Shown here in pieces: positions 1 through 11,493 of a stretch of 64,000 nucleotides of DNA (position 1 is its first letter; each line of letters opens with the position of its first letter). The notes under the pieces were generated by a model, which was not told where the DNA came from, did no database searches, and saw nothing but the letters and a program-made list of their open reading frames with translations. The stretch comes from Rebecca billardiae RCC1528 (Eukaryota; Protista; Haptophyta), in assembly GCA_965240325.2 (NCBI GenBank), contig OZ251235.1, forward strand, positions 372,001-436,000, in the 5' to 3' direction. Both the position numbers and the translations under genes were made by a program.

Positions 1-174
1 GCCGCCGCGTAGCACAGGTGCGCGGGCGCAGCAGCGCGGGCGCGGGTCAGCGCGGGCGCAGCAGCGCGGGCGCACGGGCGCACAGCCGCCGATGCCGCAG
101 GCCGGCGATCGGGGCGGTGCGGGCGCGCCATGGGCGCAGTCGCACTGGTGGTATGAGATACCACCGGCGCAACT

Positions 175-683
175 TTGGCGCGGGACCGCCGCGCAGATGC
201 GGGCGGGTTGCCGCGGGTCGCAGAGGCGATCGATGGCGGGCTCGAGCGATTCGGCACGAACGCGAGCACGCGGATACGGCTGCCAGAGGCAGCGGCGCGC
301 GCGAGGCTGACCGACGCGGACAAGGCGTTGGTCCAGCGCGCGGAGATTGACGAGCTCGACGACTTGCTCACTTTGGGTGACTCTGTTTGGTCTAACAACC
401 CAGGGGAATCCGGGTGGAGGTCGACGGGTGGCTGCATCATTGTCTTCTACAATGGATCGCCGGTGTCGTGGCACAGCAGCGGGCTGCAGGTTATGGCCCA
501 GCTGAGCTCGACGGAGGCGGAGTACGTGGCGTGAGGTCAATGTACCACGCCGACATCATGACGAAGGCGACGGACGACGCTGCTACGTTTGAGTGGCACG
601 TCGACGCCATCATGGTGTGCGACACCCGACGCGCGCGCGATGAGCGGTGCTACTCGCTCGCGGCTATGGCTGTCGAGGGGGGG
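175..683 (+). pseudogene. Degenerate Ty1/copia pol fragment (RT almost entirely deleted, RNase H remnant) ending in a polypurine tract
   Basis: Copia RNase H motifs RSTGGCIIVFYNGSPVSWHS, LSSTEAEYVA and (other frame) ADIMTK; stop/frameshift at about 534; PPT GAGGGGGGG at 675-683 directly before TGTTG. Confidence 0.85.
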
Positions 684-1687
684 TGTTGAGCTGACGAGGC
701 CAGGGGCGCGCATCTCAGCAGATGGCGTCGCCGGCGGTGAGTCAGGGCCGGTGCTGCAGCAGGCAGACCGGCGGCGCAGCTGCTGCAGAGCAGCAGTGCG
801 GATGAACTGGCACAGTCTGGGGCACGCATCTCAGCAGATGGCGTTGCCGCTGGGGTGTCAGGGCTGGCGCCGCATCAGGCGGGCCGGCGGCAGCAGCTGC
901 TGCGGAGCAGTGGCTGGCAGCGCGCGCGTCCAGGACGCGCGCGGCAGCAGACGCGCGAGCGCGGAGCAGCGCGGGCGCAGCGGCGCGGGAGCGCGGAGCA
1001 GCGCGGGGCGCGCGGAGCAGCGCGGAGCGCGCGGAGCCGCGCGGAGCAGCGCGGAGCGCGCGGAGCCGCGCGGAGCAGCGCGGAGCAGCGCGGAGCAGCG
1101 CGGAGCGCGCGGAGCAGCGCGGAGCAGCGCGGAGCAGCGCGGAGCAGCGCGGAGCAGCGCGGAGCAGCGCGGAGCAGCGCGGAGCAGCGCGGAGCAGCGC
1201 GGAGCAGCGCGGAGCAGCGCGGAGCAGCGCGGAGCAGCGCGGAGCAGCGCGGAGCAGCGCGGAGCAGCGCGGAGCAGCGCGGAGCAGCGCGGAGCAGCGC
1301 GGGCGTCATGCTGGTACACTGGATTTGTCCAAGGAAAGCAGGTGAGCAGCACCGGACATGGACGAGAAGCAGTGGTACAAAGTTGAGCGGCAACAGGACG
1401 GACGGTGCGATCGCCGATTGGCTGATCGCGGCAAAATCTGGGTAAGTCGGCACGGCGATGATACTACCGCCCCGAGCCCAGGAGCGATCGGAGCTCGATC
1501 GCTGTTTTGGCCCGGCGCAAGAGCGCCGGAAATAAGGGCCAGGTTCAGAGGCTTGAGAGCTGATGAGATCGCGAGGCATGTGATCCTCGCGGTGGCGTCC
1601 GTCCTGTCGTGCGCGGTGAGCTTTTAGCAGGGCTCGAGACGCTCGGAGCTTGCGGTAATCCCAATATCCTCTGTTCACTATTCAAGA
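684..1687 (+). mobile_element. 3' LTR of the degenerate copia element (right boundary uncertain)
   Basis: Begins TGTTGAG right after the PPT; internal duplicated motif GCATCTCAGCAGATGGCGT; candidate end TTCAAGA at 1681-1687 is an imperfect inverted match to the start. Confidence 0.55.
955..1302. repeat. 10-bp tandem repeat (GCGGAGCAGC)n inside the LTR
   Basis: Perfect units at about 1110-1300, degenerate units upstream. Confidence 0.95.
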
Positions 1688-1689
1688 CG

Positions 1690-1874
1690 GCGGCCGCGTC
1701 CTTTTTCGACGCTAATGCACCTGTAAGGGAGTCTCAAAATCGAAACTCGGTCTCCTCCAGCCCTAAAAATCGCCCCCCCGTCCCTTTTTTCTTGATCAAA
1801 GATCTTTTTGAAACGTGGTTCGGGCCCGCTGGTGCGGGCTCCACGCTGCGCGCTCCGCCCTGCACCGCGGGCCA
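1690..1874 (-). mobile_element. Isolated 5' end of an element related to the Helitron2-like family at 41353/51593
   Basis: Minus strand starts TGGCCCGCGGTGCAGGG...CCCGCACCAGCGGGCC (terminal hairpin), then CACGT, ATCAAGAAAAAGGGA and GGGGGCGATTTTT, the same motif order as 41353-41470. Confidence 0.45.
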
Positions 1875-2021
1875 TTAACATTTATTTAACTAAAGTATAA
1901 TAGCGCTCGGCGGTATAGAATATGAGCCGGAGATAAAGACGGCTGAATCGTCTATATCAGCGCAGATCATTCGCCGTCTCATTAATAAGCGCTCAGCCCG
2001 CTCCGGACTCATGAGTCATGA

Positions 2022-4664
2022 CTACTCAGACTCAGAGTCAGTCAGACCCTCACTCCTCAGTAACCAAACGGCATTGTCGTCGTCGACGGGCTGTGGGGGC
2101 TCCCTCCGAGGCCGTCGATGACCGCAGCGCGCTTGCACTCCTCGAAGCGCTTTCGTATGTGTGTCTGCACAGAGCGCACGCGGGAGGCCGGGGCGCGCGG
2201 AGACGGCTCCAGTCGCCTCAGCCCGGCGTGCGCACGCGCGCGCATGCAACGCGCGCGCGCTGCAGGCGTCGACCGTCACGCCGCGCGCACCTCGAGATCG
2301 TCCGGCGAGAAGGACATCGAGCAGTTGTTGAAGCTGTCGGCGAGCTCGTGGCTGTCCGGGACGGATGCATGCGGAATCGAGCGCGGCAGCTGGGTCTGCG
2401 GTGGGCGGGGTGCGCGGGTGCACGAGGTCAGCCGGCCGTCCGCCGCGCGCAGTGCGTGCGCTCGCGCGGCGGGCGAGCGCGGCGCGCACCGAGCCAGCGT
2501 GCTGCGCGGCAGGCTGCTGCAGCAGCAGCGACGGGAAGGGGATGGCGCGCGCGCCGCGCTCGAGGGCCATCGCCTCCGTCGCGGGCAAGGGCGCGCCCAG
2601 CCGCAGACTGCTCGCCGGGCTTGCGTTACGCACCGGGCTGGAGGTCACAGCCGCGGCCAGGGGCACGTGCAGCGTCGTGGGCGGCACCTCCGCGCCGCCG
2701 TGCGCTGGCCGCGCGCCGAGTGCGGTGGGTGCGCTGCCGAGCGGCGAGTCGATGCTGGCCGAGAGAGAGCCCCGCTGCATCGCGCCGCCGCCGCCGCCTC
2801 CCGCCGCCCCGCCGCCGCCGCCGCCGCCGCCGCCGCTCATCACACTGCCCGACATGCTGGCGCAGCCGGCCGCGCCCACACCTCCGCCCAGCCCGGTGCC
2901 GCCGCCGCCAGCCGCGGCGATCGCCGCCGCCGCGTCGTGGCTGGGCGGGGCGGAGCGCAGCGCGGACATGTGGATGGGGCGGATGAACGCGCCGGACTCG
3001 GGCAGCACGTACTCCTCGAAGGGGAGGTGCAGCTGCGCCGGCGCCACGAAGGCCCCCGCCCACGCCTCCTCCCCCGCCAACCCTCCACCGTCGGGCTCGG
3101 CCGGTGCGTCCGCGCTGCCGCCAGCCAGGCCGAGCACCTGCCAGAGGACGAACGCGCGCGTGGACGGCTGCAGCGCCGCGAGTGCGTTGGGCTGGTCGGC
3201 CTGGATGGCGGCGCGGAGGCGGGGGAGCAGCGAAGAGGGCTCCTCGCCGCTCGCCGCGTCCGGCGCGAGCACCGCGCTCAGCTGCGCCCAGCGCCGCTCG
3301 AGCGCGAGGCATGCGCCGTGCACCGTGGCCAGCAGCAGCCGGCGGGTCGCGAGCGCGACAGACTGCGCGCGCCCTGGCGTCATGCCGCCGCCACCGTGCG
3401 GGCCGGCGGCGGCGGCGAGCCCAGCGGCGAGGGTGTGCGCGTACTGTACGAGCGTGTCCACCGCCGAGAGCACCGTCCCGCCGTCCAGGTACGCCGCCGA
3501 CGCGGCGAAGGACGCGATGTACCCGACCGCCAGCAGCCGCACCGCCAGCGGCTCTTGCGCGTCCGACCCCAGCTTGCGCGCAAAGCAGCCGAGCAGGGCG
3601 TGCGCGTGCTCGCGGTGGAAGCAGGCGCCGTGGAAGAGGGCGAACTGCACGCACTGCGCGTGCGGCGCGCGCACGATGAACCCGTCGAACCCCGCGAGCA
3701 GTCCGAACACGACCATCTCCGCCGCCTTGCTGTGCGTGCCGCCGCCGTGCGCCGCCGCATGCGCGCCGCCGCTCAGCATCCGCTGCTGGAACTCCATCAG
3801 CAGCGCGAGCAGCTGGTCGAGCTTCTCGGCCTCGGGGTCGAGCACGGGGGCGTACGGCAGCAGCTCCGGCCGGCCCGCCGCGCTCGGCACGCCAGCGCCG
3901 CATCCCGCATGCAGGCGCGCTGGCGAGTGGCCGCCCACGGGGCTCCCGCCGAGGCTGCCACCGCTCGCGCCGCCCGCGCCCGCGCCGTGCATGTCGTCCA
4001 TGTGGAAGACCGTGACGTCCTCGGCGTCGTCCGCGTCGTCCTCCGCGGCCGACGGCCCGGCGGCCGAGCCGAGCGACGGCAGCGGCGCCTCCGCGTCGAT
4101 GGCCACCAGCTGCTGCAGCAGCTGCGGCAGCAGGATGGGCAGCACGTACGGCTCGTAGCTCATCACGCGCAGCACGTGGCGGTGGTAGCGCACGTGCGCC
4201 GGCGCGGGCTGGCGGCGGTGCGGGAAGCGCGCGTGGATCAGCTCGCACAGCGTGCGCGCGCCGAGCGGGCACGTGAACAGCACCGAGCGCAGCATCGCGT
4301 GCGCCGCGTCTGAGACCTCGTCCGCGAGATCGACCGACACAAACGCGGCGACGACTTGCGAGAGGAAGGGCTCAAGGAACGCCGTGGAGCGCGCGATGAG
4401 CTCCTGCGCGAGGTGCGCGTACGCCTCGGCGACGCCCGCGTCCAGCGTCCAGTTCGCCCGCACGGCCGCGTGCAGCAGCTCCGCGTGCACGTCCTCGCGG
4501 CACGCGCCGAGCTGGCGCGCGAGCGCGTGCAGGAGGGTCTGCAGCTCGGCCGGCGGCATGCGCGGGTTGCTCAGCCGCCCGACGACGTTTGCATACTCCA
4601 CTGCGTCACCGCTCACGAGCGCCGAGTGCACGAGGGCGTCCGCGTCCGCGCTGAGCGCGCCCAT
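2022..4664 (-). CDS. RRN3: RNA polymerase I transcription initiation factor RRN3 (a 3' intron is possible)
   Basis: Motifs ARFPHRRQ, EKLDQLLALLM, HAQCVQFALF, AVGYIASFAASAAY and LPFEEYVLPES match conserved RRN3 blocks. Confidence 0.85.
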   Translation of the reverse strand: MGALSADADALVHSALVSGDAVEYANVVGRLSNPRMPPAELQTLLHALARQLGACREDVHAELLHAAVRANWTLDAGVAEAYAHLAQELIARSTAFLEPFLSQVVAAFVSVDLADEVSDAAHAMLRSVLFTCPLGARTLCELIHARFPHRRQPAPAHVRYHRHVLRVMSYEPYVLPILLPQLLQQLVAIDAEAPLPSLGSAAGPSAAEDDADDAEDVTVFHMDDMHGAGAGGASGGSLGGSPVGGHSPARLHAGCGAGVPSAAGRPELLPYAPVLDPEAEKLDQLLALLMEFQQRMLSGGAHAAAHGGGTHSKAAEMVVFGLLAGFDGFIVRAPHAQCVQFALFHGACFHREHAHALLGCFARKLGSDAQEPLAVRLLAVGYIASFAASAAYLDGGTVLSAVDTLVQYAHTLAAGLAAAAGPHGGGGMTPGRAQSVALATRRLLLATVHGACLALERRWAQLSAVLAPDAASGEEPSSLLPRLRAAIQADQPNALAALQPSTRAFVLWQVLGLAGGSADAPAEPDGGGLAGEEAWAGAFVAPAQLHLPFEEYVLPESGAFIRPIHMSALRSAPPSHDAAAAIAAAGGGGTGLGGGVGAAGCASMSGSVMSGGGGGGGGGAAGGGGGGAMQRGSLSASIDSPLGSAPTALGARPAHGGAEVPPTTLHVPLAAAVTSSPVRNASPASSLRLGAPLPATEAMALERGARAIPFPSLLLQQPAAQHAGSVRAALARRASARTARGGRPADLVHPRTPPTADPAAALDSACIRPGQPRARRQLQQLLDVLLAGRSRGARGVTVDACSARALHARACARRAEATGAVSARPGLPRALCADTHTKALRGVQARCGHRRPRREPPQPVDDDNAVWLLRSEGLTDSESE

Positions 4665-4991
4665 CGCGCTGGCCCCGCGGAAGGGGCGATGAGAGGCAGG
4701 CAGCGGCGCAGCGCGTGTGAACGCACGCTTGGCCCTTGCGCTTGCGACGCGCTTGGCTCACGAGTGAGAGTCACGACCCGCATCGTTTCCAAGCAGCGGC
4801 GGGGTGATAAATATCATCACCGCGCGCGCGCTCTTGCCCAACTACGACGACGGTTTGGACGCACAAGAAGCGCTTGGGGGGTTTCATGCGGACCGGGTGG
4901 GCCGCCGCTTGGGCAGTGGAGCAGCTCTCCATCGCTGTGCATTTGAGGGCCTCCTCAGCCACCCACGCCAGGCGGCGTCGCCGGGTGGCCG

Positions 4992-7900
4992 ATGGGGGCG
5001 GAGCAGAGCGCCGCCGGCGCGGCTGGGCCCGGCGGCTCCGGGCCAGGCAGACCAGGCGCTCGAAACCCGGGCGGGGCGACAGCCCAGGGCGCCGCGGCCG
5101 CGGCCAAGCTCAAGCGCGGGGCGGCGGGAGCGAACGAGCGAGCGACGGGGGCCTCTGCTCCGCATGGGCAGGGGGCTGCATGCGGCGCGAAGTCGGGCCC
5201 GGCATCCAGCGTGGTCCATCCGAAGTCGGGCAGCACGCACCATGCCGCGCACGCCAGGGCCGCGGCGGGCGCGCACCGGCCGCCACCCGGGGGCGCCGCT
5301 GCCCCGACCTCGAGCTTTGGGCTGCACATCACGCATGCGGATGCTTCTTCGGCCCCTGACCCGGGCTCCATGCACGGCGAGCAGCCGGCCGGGATCATAC
5401 CGGCCTTTCGCCCCGGCGCGAAGCTCAAGGGCGCCGCGCGCGCAGCGGCGCTGGGCGCGGTGCGCGTGGCTAGATTGTCCGGCGGCGGGCACAAGGAGGC
5501 CGAGGCTGCGCAGCTCGGGGTGTCGGCGCCGGCGCCGCCGGCCCCCGCGGCTGACAACCTGCCGGTCCCTCCCGAGATCGTGGTGCCCAGCTCCGCGCCC
5601 ACGACGCCCGCCAAGCCTGGCGGCGCGGCGCTCGCCCCCACGCGCTTCCGCGCCAAGTGTCTCGCGCCCACCTGCTCGGCCGCGTCCGCGGGCGCGTCGG
5701 CCGCGTCGGCTGCCAGCACCCCCGAGCGGCCGCAGAACGTGCACCTCGCGCACGCCGGCGGCGCGGGCGTGGCCTCCCTGCTCGGCGTCGCGGGCGGCCT
5801 GCGCTCGCCGGCGGCCTCGCAGGCCTCGGCCGACTCGTTCGGCACGAGCGTCTCGAAGAAGGCGCCTTCGTCCACGCTGCTCGGCACGGGCGAGCTCAAC
5901 TCGATCAACTTCGCCGACGCGCACCTGCGGCCGTACGTGCCGCCCGAGAAGGGCATCACGCTGTCCGACATGCGCGAGTTCCACGAGCGCAGGCAGAACG
6001 TCAAGCTCGCGCAGTATGGCCGCGCCTTTTCAGAGTGCGCGCGGCGCGCGCGTGCCGACCCGCCCGCCGGCGCGCGCGCGCTCACGCCGCGCGGCTGCTC
6101 CCCCCTCCGCGCGCGCGCGCGCTGCCTCCTGCTGCGCTCGGCGCGGCCGCCTCTCGCGATCGCGCGCAGGATGTCGGCGCTCGACCAGGCGCTCTGCTTC
6201 AACCGCATCCTGCACTTCGACCAGGAGGTCGGGCGGATGATCTCGGGCGCGGGCCGCTTCATGCACTGCACAGACCTGCCGTCGATGCTCGAAGAGGCGA
6301 TCCGCTGCACCAAGGCCGCGCTCTCGTGCGCGCGCGTGCGCGTGTTCGAGGTGGACTACGCCAACACGACGCCGGGCGTGAGCGTGCGCACGGCCGAGGG
6401 CTTCTCGCTGCTGCTCGTCGCGGGCGAGTCCGGGCTGATCGGCCAGCCGGTCTCGATGCTCGACTTTGCCGGCCGCGTGTGCCACGCCGACGGCGCGCGC
6501 GCCATCAACCGCCTCGACCTCAAGGGCGACGCCCGCTACGGCGAGGCGTACCGGTACATGGAGCAGGTGAGCAAGTTCACGCCGACGTCGCTGATCGGCG
6601 TGCCCGTGCGCGCGCCGCACCGCAAGGGGCGCCCGCGCTTCGTCATCGAGGCGTACAACAAGGAGCGCGACGCGGACTTTGACGAAGCCGACTGCTACGT
6701 GCTCGAGCTGATTGCAGAGGCGGTCGCGGCCGCGGCCGCGTGGATCCGCAACGCGACGTACGCGTCGCTCGCCGCCGAGTTCACGGACACGGTGCTGCAG
6801 ACGCACTCGCTGTACGACTTCGACTGCAAGGCGTGCGAGGTGCTCACGCGCATCTTCGAGTGCGAGGAGGCGTGCGTGTACTATGTCGACGGCGCGCGCG
6901 ACGCCATCTGGCGCTTTGCGGACGCGCGCAACGAGCAGACGGGCCGGCAGCACCGCGTGTGGTTCGGGCGGAACACGCGCTCGATCGCGACGCACCAGCT
7001 CGAGCGCGCGCTCGGCCACGGGCGCAAGCGCTCCACCGCGTCGATCGGCGCCGCCGCCGCCGCCGCGCCGGCGAGCGCGCAAGGCTCGGGCGCAGACGGG
7101 GCCGAGGGCGCGCGCGGCGCCGAGACGCCGGTCGAGGCGATTGCCGGCTCGGCCGACGTGGGGGACAGCGACAGCGGGAGCGAGCGGCGCGGCCGCGGGC
7201 GGCGCGGCGGCGGTGGCGGCGGCAGCGGCGACGAGAGCGACGAGGGCAGCAGCTCGGACTCGCCGAGCGCCTCGGGCTCGGCCGCGGGGGACGGCTCGGC
7301 GCGCGGCGCCGAGCGGCCAGCCGCTCCGTCCGGAGGCGCGGCGCAGCGCGCGGCGCACGAGCAGCAGCAGGAGCAGAAGGCGCACCTGAGCGCGACGGTG
7401 GTGAACGAGGCGGAGCGCTCCGCGCTCTTCAACGCGGACATCGACAAGTCGGTCACCCTGCGCTGCCGCAACCTGATGGTCGTCGCCATCTTCGCCGTGC
7501 GCGAGGACGGCAGCGCGGACAGCGCGCGGCCGCTCGCCGTCGTGCAGCTGCGCAACCGGATCGCCAACATCAACATCCACAAGCACATGCGCTCGTCGGG
7601 CGCGTTCCGCTCGTCGGATGTGGCGCAGCTCTCCGCGTTCGCGCGGCAGGTGCGCGCGCGCCGGGCGCGCGCCGCGCGGCGCGCGTGCAGAGCGCCCCAT
7701 CCGCCGCGCGGCGGTGGCGCGCGCCGACGCGCGCGCGCCGCGCGCTCCGCGCCTCCCCCGCGCAGGCGGCGAGTGCGTTCGAGCAGGCGCTTGAGATGGA
7801 GCGCGCGCGCGAGGCGGAGCTGGTGCAGCTCACGGCCGAGGGGTGCGCGCGCGCGGTGATGGAGCTGGCCAACACCCTCGCCGCCGAGAACCCCACGCAC

Positions 7901-8785
7901 GACCTGTACGGCGTGGTGGTGCGCCAGTGCGTGCAGCTGCTCTCCGCTGAGCGCGCGAGCGTGCTGCTGATCGAGGCGGACAGGCTGGTCGCGCAGCACG
8001 CGCTCGGCCTCGACGACGAGCAGCTCAGCGTGCCGCTCAAAGAGTGCGCGCGCGCGGCGCCGCGGGCGAGAGCGCGCCGCGCGCGCCCGGCCGTCGCTTC
8101 GTGCGCGCGGCCGGCCAGCGCCGCCCGCGCCGCGCTTGACGCGCGCGCGCGCGCGCCCGCCGCCCGTGCCGTCCGCGCGCGCAGAACGAGCATCGCTGGC
8201 TTCTGCTGCGTGAACAAGACGTCCGCGCTGGTCGACGACGCGTACAGAGACAAGCGCTTCGACCCGACCGTGGACAAACGCACGGGGTACCGCACGCGGC
8301 ACATGCTGTGCGTGCCGATCGTCGACCACTCGACGAGCAAGGTCCTCGGCTGCCTGCAGGTGATCAACAAGCGCGACGAGGAGGGCAAGGTCTCGGCCAT
8401 CCACACGTTCACGCGGCGCGACCTCGGCGTCGCCGAGGCGTTCGCCGCGGTGATGGCGGTCACCATCTCGCACAAGCAGCTGCAGGAGGACGCGTTCGAG
8501 CAGGCGGCGCGCGTGCACCGCGAGGCGATGGAGCAGGCCTCGCCCGTCGCCCACCGTGGCCAGAGAGGCCACCGCCGCAGCTTCTCCGCCTCCGTGATTG
8601 ACGAGATCGTGGGCGCGGAGAACGCGCAGGCCGAGACGCAGCTCGAACCACCGCCCGCGAGGGCGAAGCACGCTGCGGCGGCCTCGGCGAAGCGTGCGAG
8701 CCCGCCCACCGCAGCTCCAGTCGCGGCAGGCGGGCAGGGGCTGGCACGCGGCGGGGCAGCGCGGACGATGACCAAGCTGCGATGA
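4992..8785 (+). CDS. Multi-GAF domain protein; exons 4992-6034, 6170-7649, 7766-8043, 8185-8785
   Basis: GT-AG introns restore frame; GAF motifs SIAGFC...LVDDAYRDKRFDPTVDKRTGYRTRHMLCVPI...QVINK...FT..D, SLIGVPV...AYNK...FDEAD and FNADIDK...NLMVVAI...QLRNR. Confidence 0.85.
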
Positions 8786-9248
8786 GACGGTCTCAGCTGC
8801 ACTTGCAGCGCAGAGACTGGCAGAGTCTGCTGCTGCTACATGCAGCTCAGTTATCGGAGTCAGTACGAAATTACGGCTGCTTATTTATTCAGACTTCGCG
8901 TAAGACTATAACTGCTAGCAGTCGTAGCGGTAGTCAGTGGAGTTACGGAATACGGTAGCAGTAGTAGTACTATCTCGGCACCCCGTGATACTGATAGGAT
9001 TCCAGTGAAACGGCCAACCGTCGCGTCCCGCTTTGCCTTCAAAGGTGCATCATCGCCAGGCGTGCGACTCAGCGACTCTGACACTAGTGACAGTGACACA
9101 GTCGAGTGTCTGTGATTCATGCGCGCATTGCGCGCGCCACCGCTGACGACGCGCGTGCCTGGCTCACTCGACGCTCTGCTCGAGTTTGACGCCAAGCCGT
9201 ACCTCCGCACCGTCGGGCACCAGCACCCTTTCCCCCCGCCTCCGCCTC

Positions 9249-10082
9249 TCAGCGCGTCCCCGCACCTGAGCGTGCACAGGGCAGCTCGATGCCTGCCTCC
9301 GCTGTCACCTGCTCCCACTGCTCTCGCACCGGCCACCGGCTGTGCTCGAAGCCCCATGGGTACGTGCTGGGCGCGTTCTCCGAGATGTGGCCGCTGTTGT
9401 CACCCCCGTGCATGTCCACGGCCCACTGCCCATTCGATTGATCGAGCGTGAGCTTGAAGATGCCACACGGCGCGAAGTGACCCGCCTCCACCACCGGGAC
9501 TCGCAGGAGCGCGGCAACCAGCGCGACTGAGGCCGCATGGGTGAAGCACACGATCGTCTGGCCATCGTAGCGCTCTGGCAGGTGGCGCGCCATCCGCGTC
9601 ATTCGTCGGAGGTAGTCCAAGGGATACGCCTCATTCGCTCGGCCCGAGCGGGGATCGCGGCCGGTCGGCACGATCTTCTCATGGGAGTCCCAATCAAGCG
9701 CAACCTCGGGAAGAAACGGGTAGCGCGCGGAGGGGGGCGGGATCGAGCCGGGCACGTGACCTGTCTCCGCGAGCCCCTCCTCAATCTTGATGGGCACACC
9801 GAGCGCATGCGCGAGCGGCTGGGCGGTCTGCAGGACTCGCAGGTAGGGCGAGGCCAGGATGTGGTCCACGTTCCCCCCTGTGGCCTTCACGACCGCATCG
9901 GCAGTTTCCCGAGCTTGCTTGTGGCCGAGGGCGGAGAGCGGCGGGTCGCGCTCCTCAAAACCGTGCTGTTTGGCGCTGGCCGCCCACTGCTCCGGATGTT
10001 GGTAATCGAATCGGTCGCCATGGCGGACGAGGAAGAGCGTCGTGAGTGGCTGCGCGCGAGCAGCAGAGGCGGCGCCGACCAT
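9249..10082 (-). CDS. Histidine phosphatase / phosphoglycerate mutase family protein
   Basis: LVRHGDR, DPPLSALG, ASPYLRVLQTA, EEGLAE and CFTHAA motifs; first ATG at 10082. Confidence 0.9.
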   Translation of the reverse strand: MVGAASAARAQPLTTLFLVRHGDRFDYQHPEQWAASAKQHGFEERDPPLSALGHKQARETADAVVKATGGNVDHILASPYLRVLQTAQPLAHALGVPIKIEEGLAETGHVPGSIPPPSARYPFLPEVALDWDSHEKIVPTGRDPRSGRANEAYPLDYLRRMTRMARHLPERYDGQTIVCFTHAASVALVAALLRVPVVEAGHFAPCGIFKLTLDQSNGQWAVDMHGGDNSGHISENAPSTYPWGFEHSRWPVREQWEQVTAEAGIELPCARSGAGTR

Positions 10083-10361
10083 GCGCCCGTGGGACACGCA
10101 CAGATTCCCGCCGCACGGGCAGGGTCCAGGGAGGGCTCCCGAGCGACCAACGTCGCAGCCCCGCACGGGCAGGTGTACTTTTTTGTTGATGTTGGATTTC
10201 TTGGCCTAATTTCTTCGTCACGTCACGACCGCCAGCATTCGATTCGCCTTCAGGAGGGCCACGTCAGCTGCTTCTCGAGCAGCACCGACGAGCGTTCGGC
10301 TTTAAGCCAGTGCAGCACGCGCTGCGACACCGCCATCGCGACTGTCTTGGTGCATAGCGGA

Positions 10362-10561
10362 NNNNNNNNNNNNNNNNNNNNNNNNNNNNNNNNNNNNNNN
10401 NNNNNNNNNNNNNNNNNNNNNNNNNNNNNNNNNNNNNNNNNNNNNNNNNNNNNNNNNNNNNNNNNNNNNNNNNNNNNNNNNNNNNNNNNNNNNNNNNNNN
10501 NNNNNNNNNNNNNNNNNNNNNNNNNNNNNNNNNNNNNNNNNNNNNNNNNNNNNNNNNNNNN
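10362..10561. other. Assembly gap (200 N)
   Basis: Run of N. Confidence 1.
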
Positions 10562-11278
10562 TGCCGTCGAGCTCTCGCTGCGCGACCTTCGCGCGGACGA
10601 GGAGCACCTTCTCCTTGGAGCGCGTCGCCGCGTCCACCGTGGCGATTTGCTCGTTCTTCTCCTTGATCTTGCTCGTGATCGGGACGAGCGAGGGCAGCTG
10701 CCGCGCAAGCGTCACGAACGTGCTCTCCGGCATCAGGTTCAGGCTGCCGCCCGTTCTGGTGAAGAGGTCGGTGCTCACGCTGGAGTTGGAGCTTGCGAAC
10801 TTGGCAAACTCGTTCGTCACGCCAGTGAGCATCTGGTTGGTCTTCGCGCTGTCGCCCAGCTGCTCGAGGCCGAGCTCGCGCGCGGACGTCGTCGCCCGCG
10901 CGGATCCGCTGTCCGCGGCGCCCGCGGCGCTGCGACCGGTTGGGTGGGCCATGCCCGGCGGTCCGTGGTTACGCACGATTGAGCTCATGATGTTTATTCC
11001 GCCTTACCAGTTCCCCGGTCACGCAGGGGCTTATGACAGTGTCCCTGCGGACGTCGTCAGCAGCGCCGTCCGTGCGGACGAGCGGGCGGTGCGTCCTCAG
11101 AAACGAATGCAAAAAGCGGTGGGGGGCAAACGGCCGCCATACGTAACTGGCAGCGCAGCTTTCGCCTGCAGCTCTGCAGGCAGTGCCGGATACTTCGACC
11201 ATCCGGACGGTTGGAGCCAACCGCCTGGAGAAGAAAAGAAATCGTCGTGCACGTAGGAAATTCGGGATTAATACAACA
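10562..11278 (-). mobile_element. LTR (10988-11278) plus adjacent putative gag-like ORF truncated by the gap
   Basis: Both ends are the reverse complement of the ends of the solo LTR at 14704-15114; TG..CA termini; no TSD; ORF MSSIVRNHG... runs from the LTR edge into the gap. Confidence 0.7.
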
Positions 11279-11493
11279 CATTATATAAACGGCTCGGTAC
11301 ATATCATCTGCTGAAGACAATCACTGGGGGTCTGATTCTGAACTAAGTTTCCTCGTCATCGCGTCGGCAAGCTAGCTATATATATATAGGCATCGTAGAC
11401 GTATAGCATCGCCTTGAACTGACCGGCATCGCCTGTCCGCGGCGCGACCGCCTGGTAGGGAGCACTGGTACCTAGCTTTCAAGTTTCAAGAGC

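Noticed and set aside
589-1678. ORFs over the 10-bp repeat, and its resemblance to a CRISPR array
   Set aside because: Pure tandem repeat without spacers; the peptides are repeat artefacts
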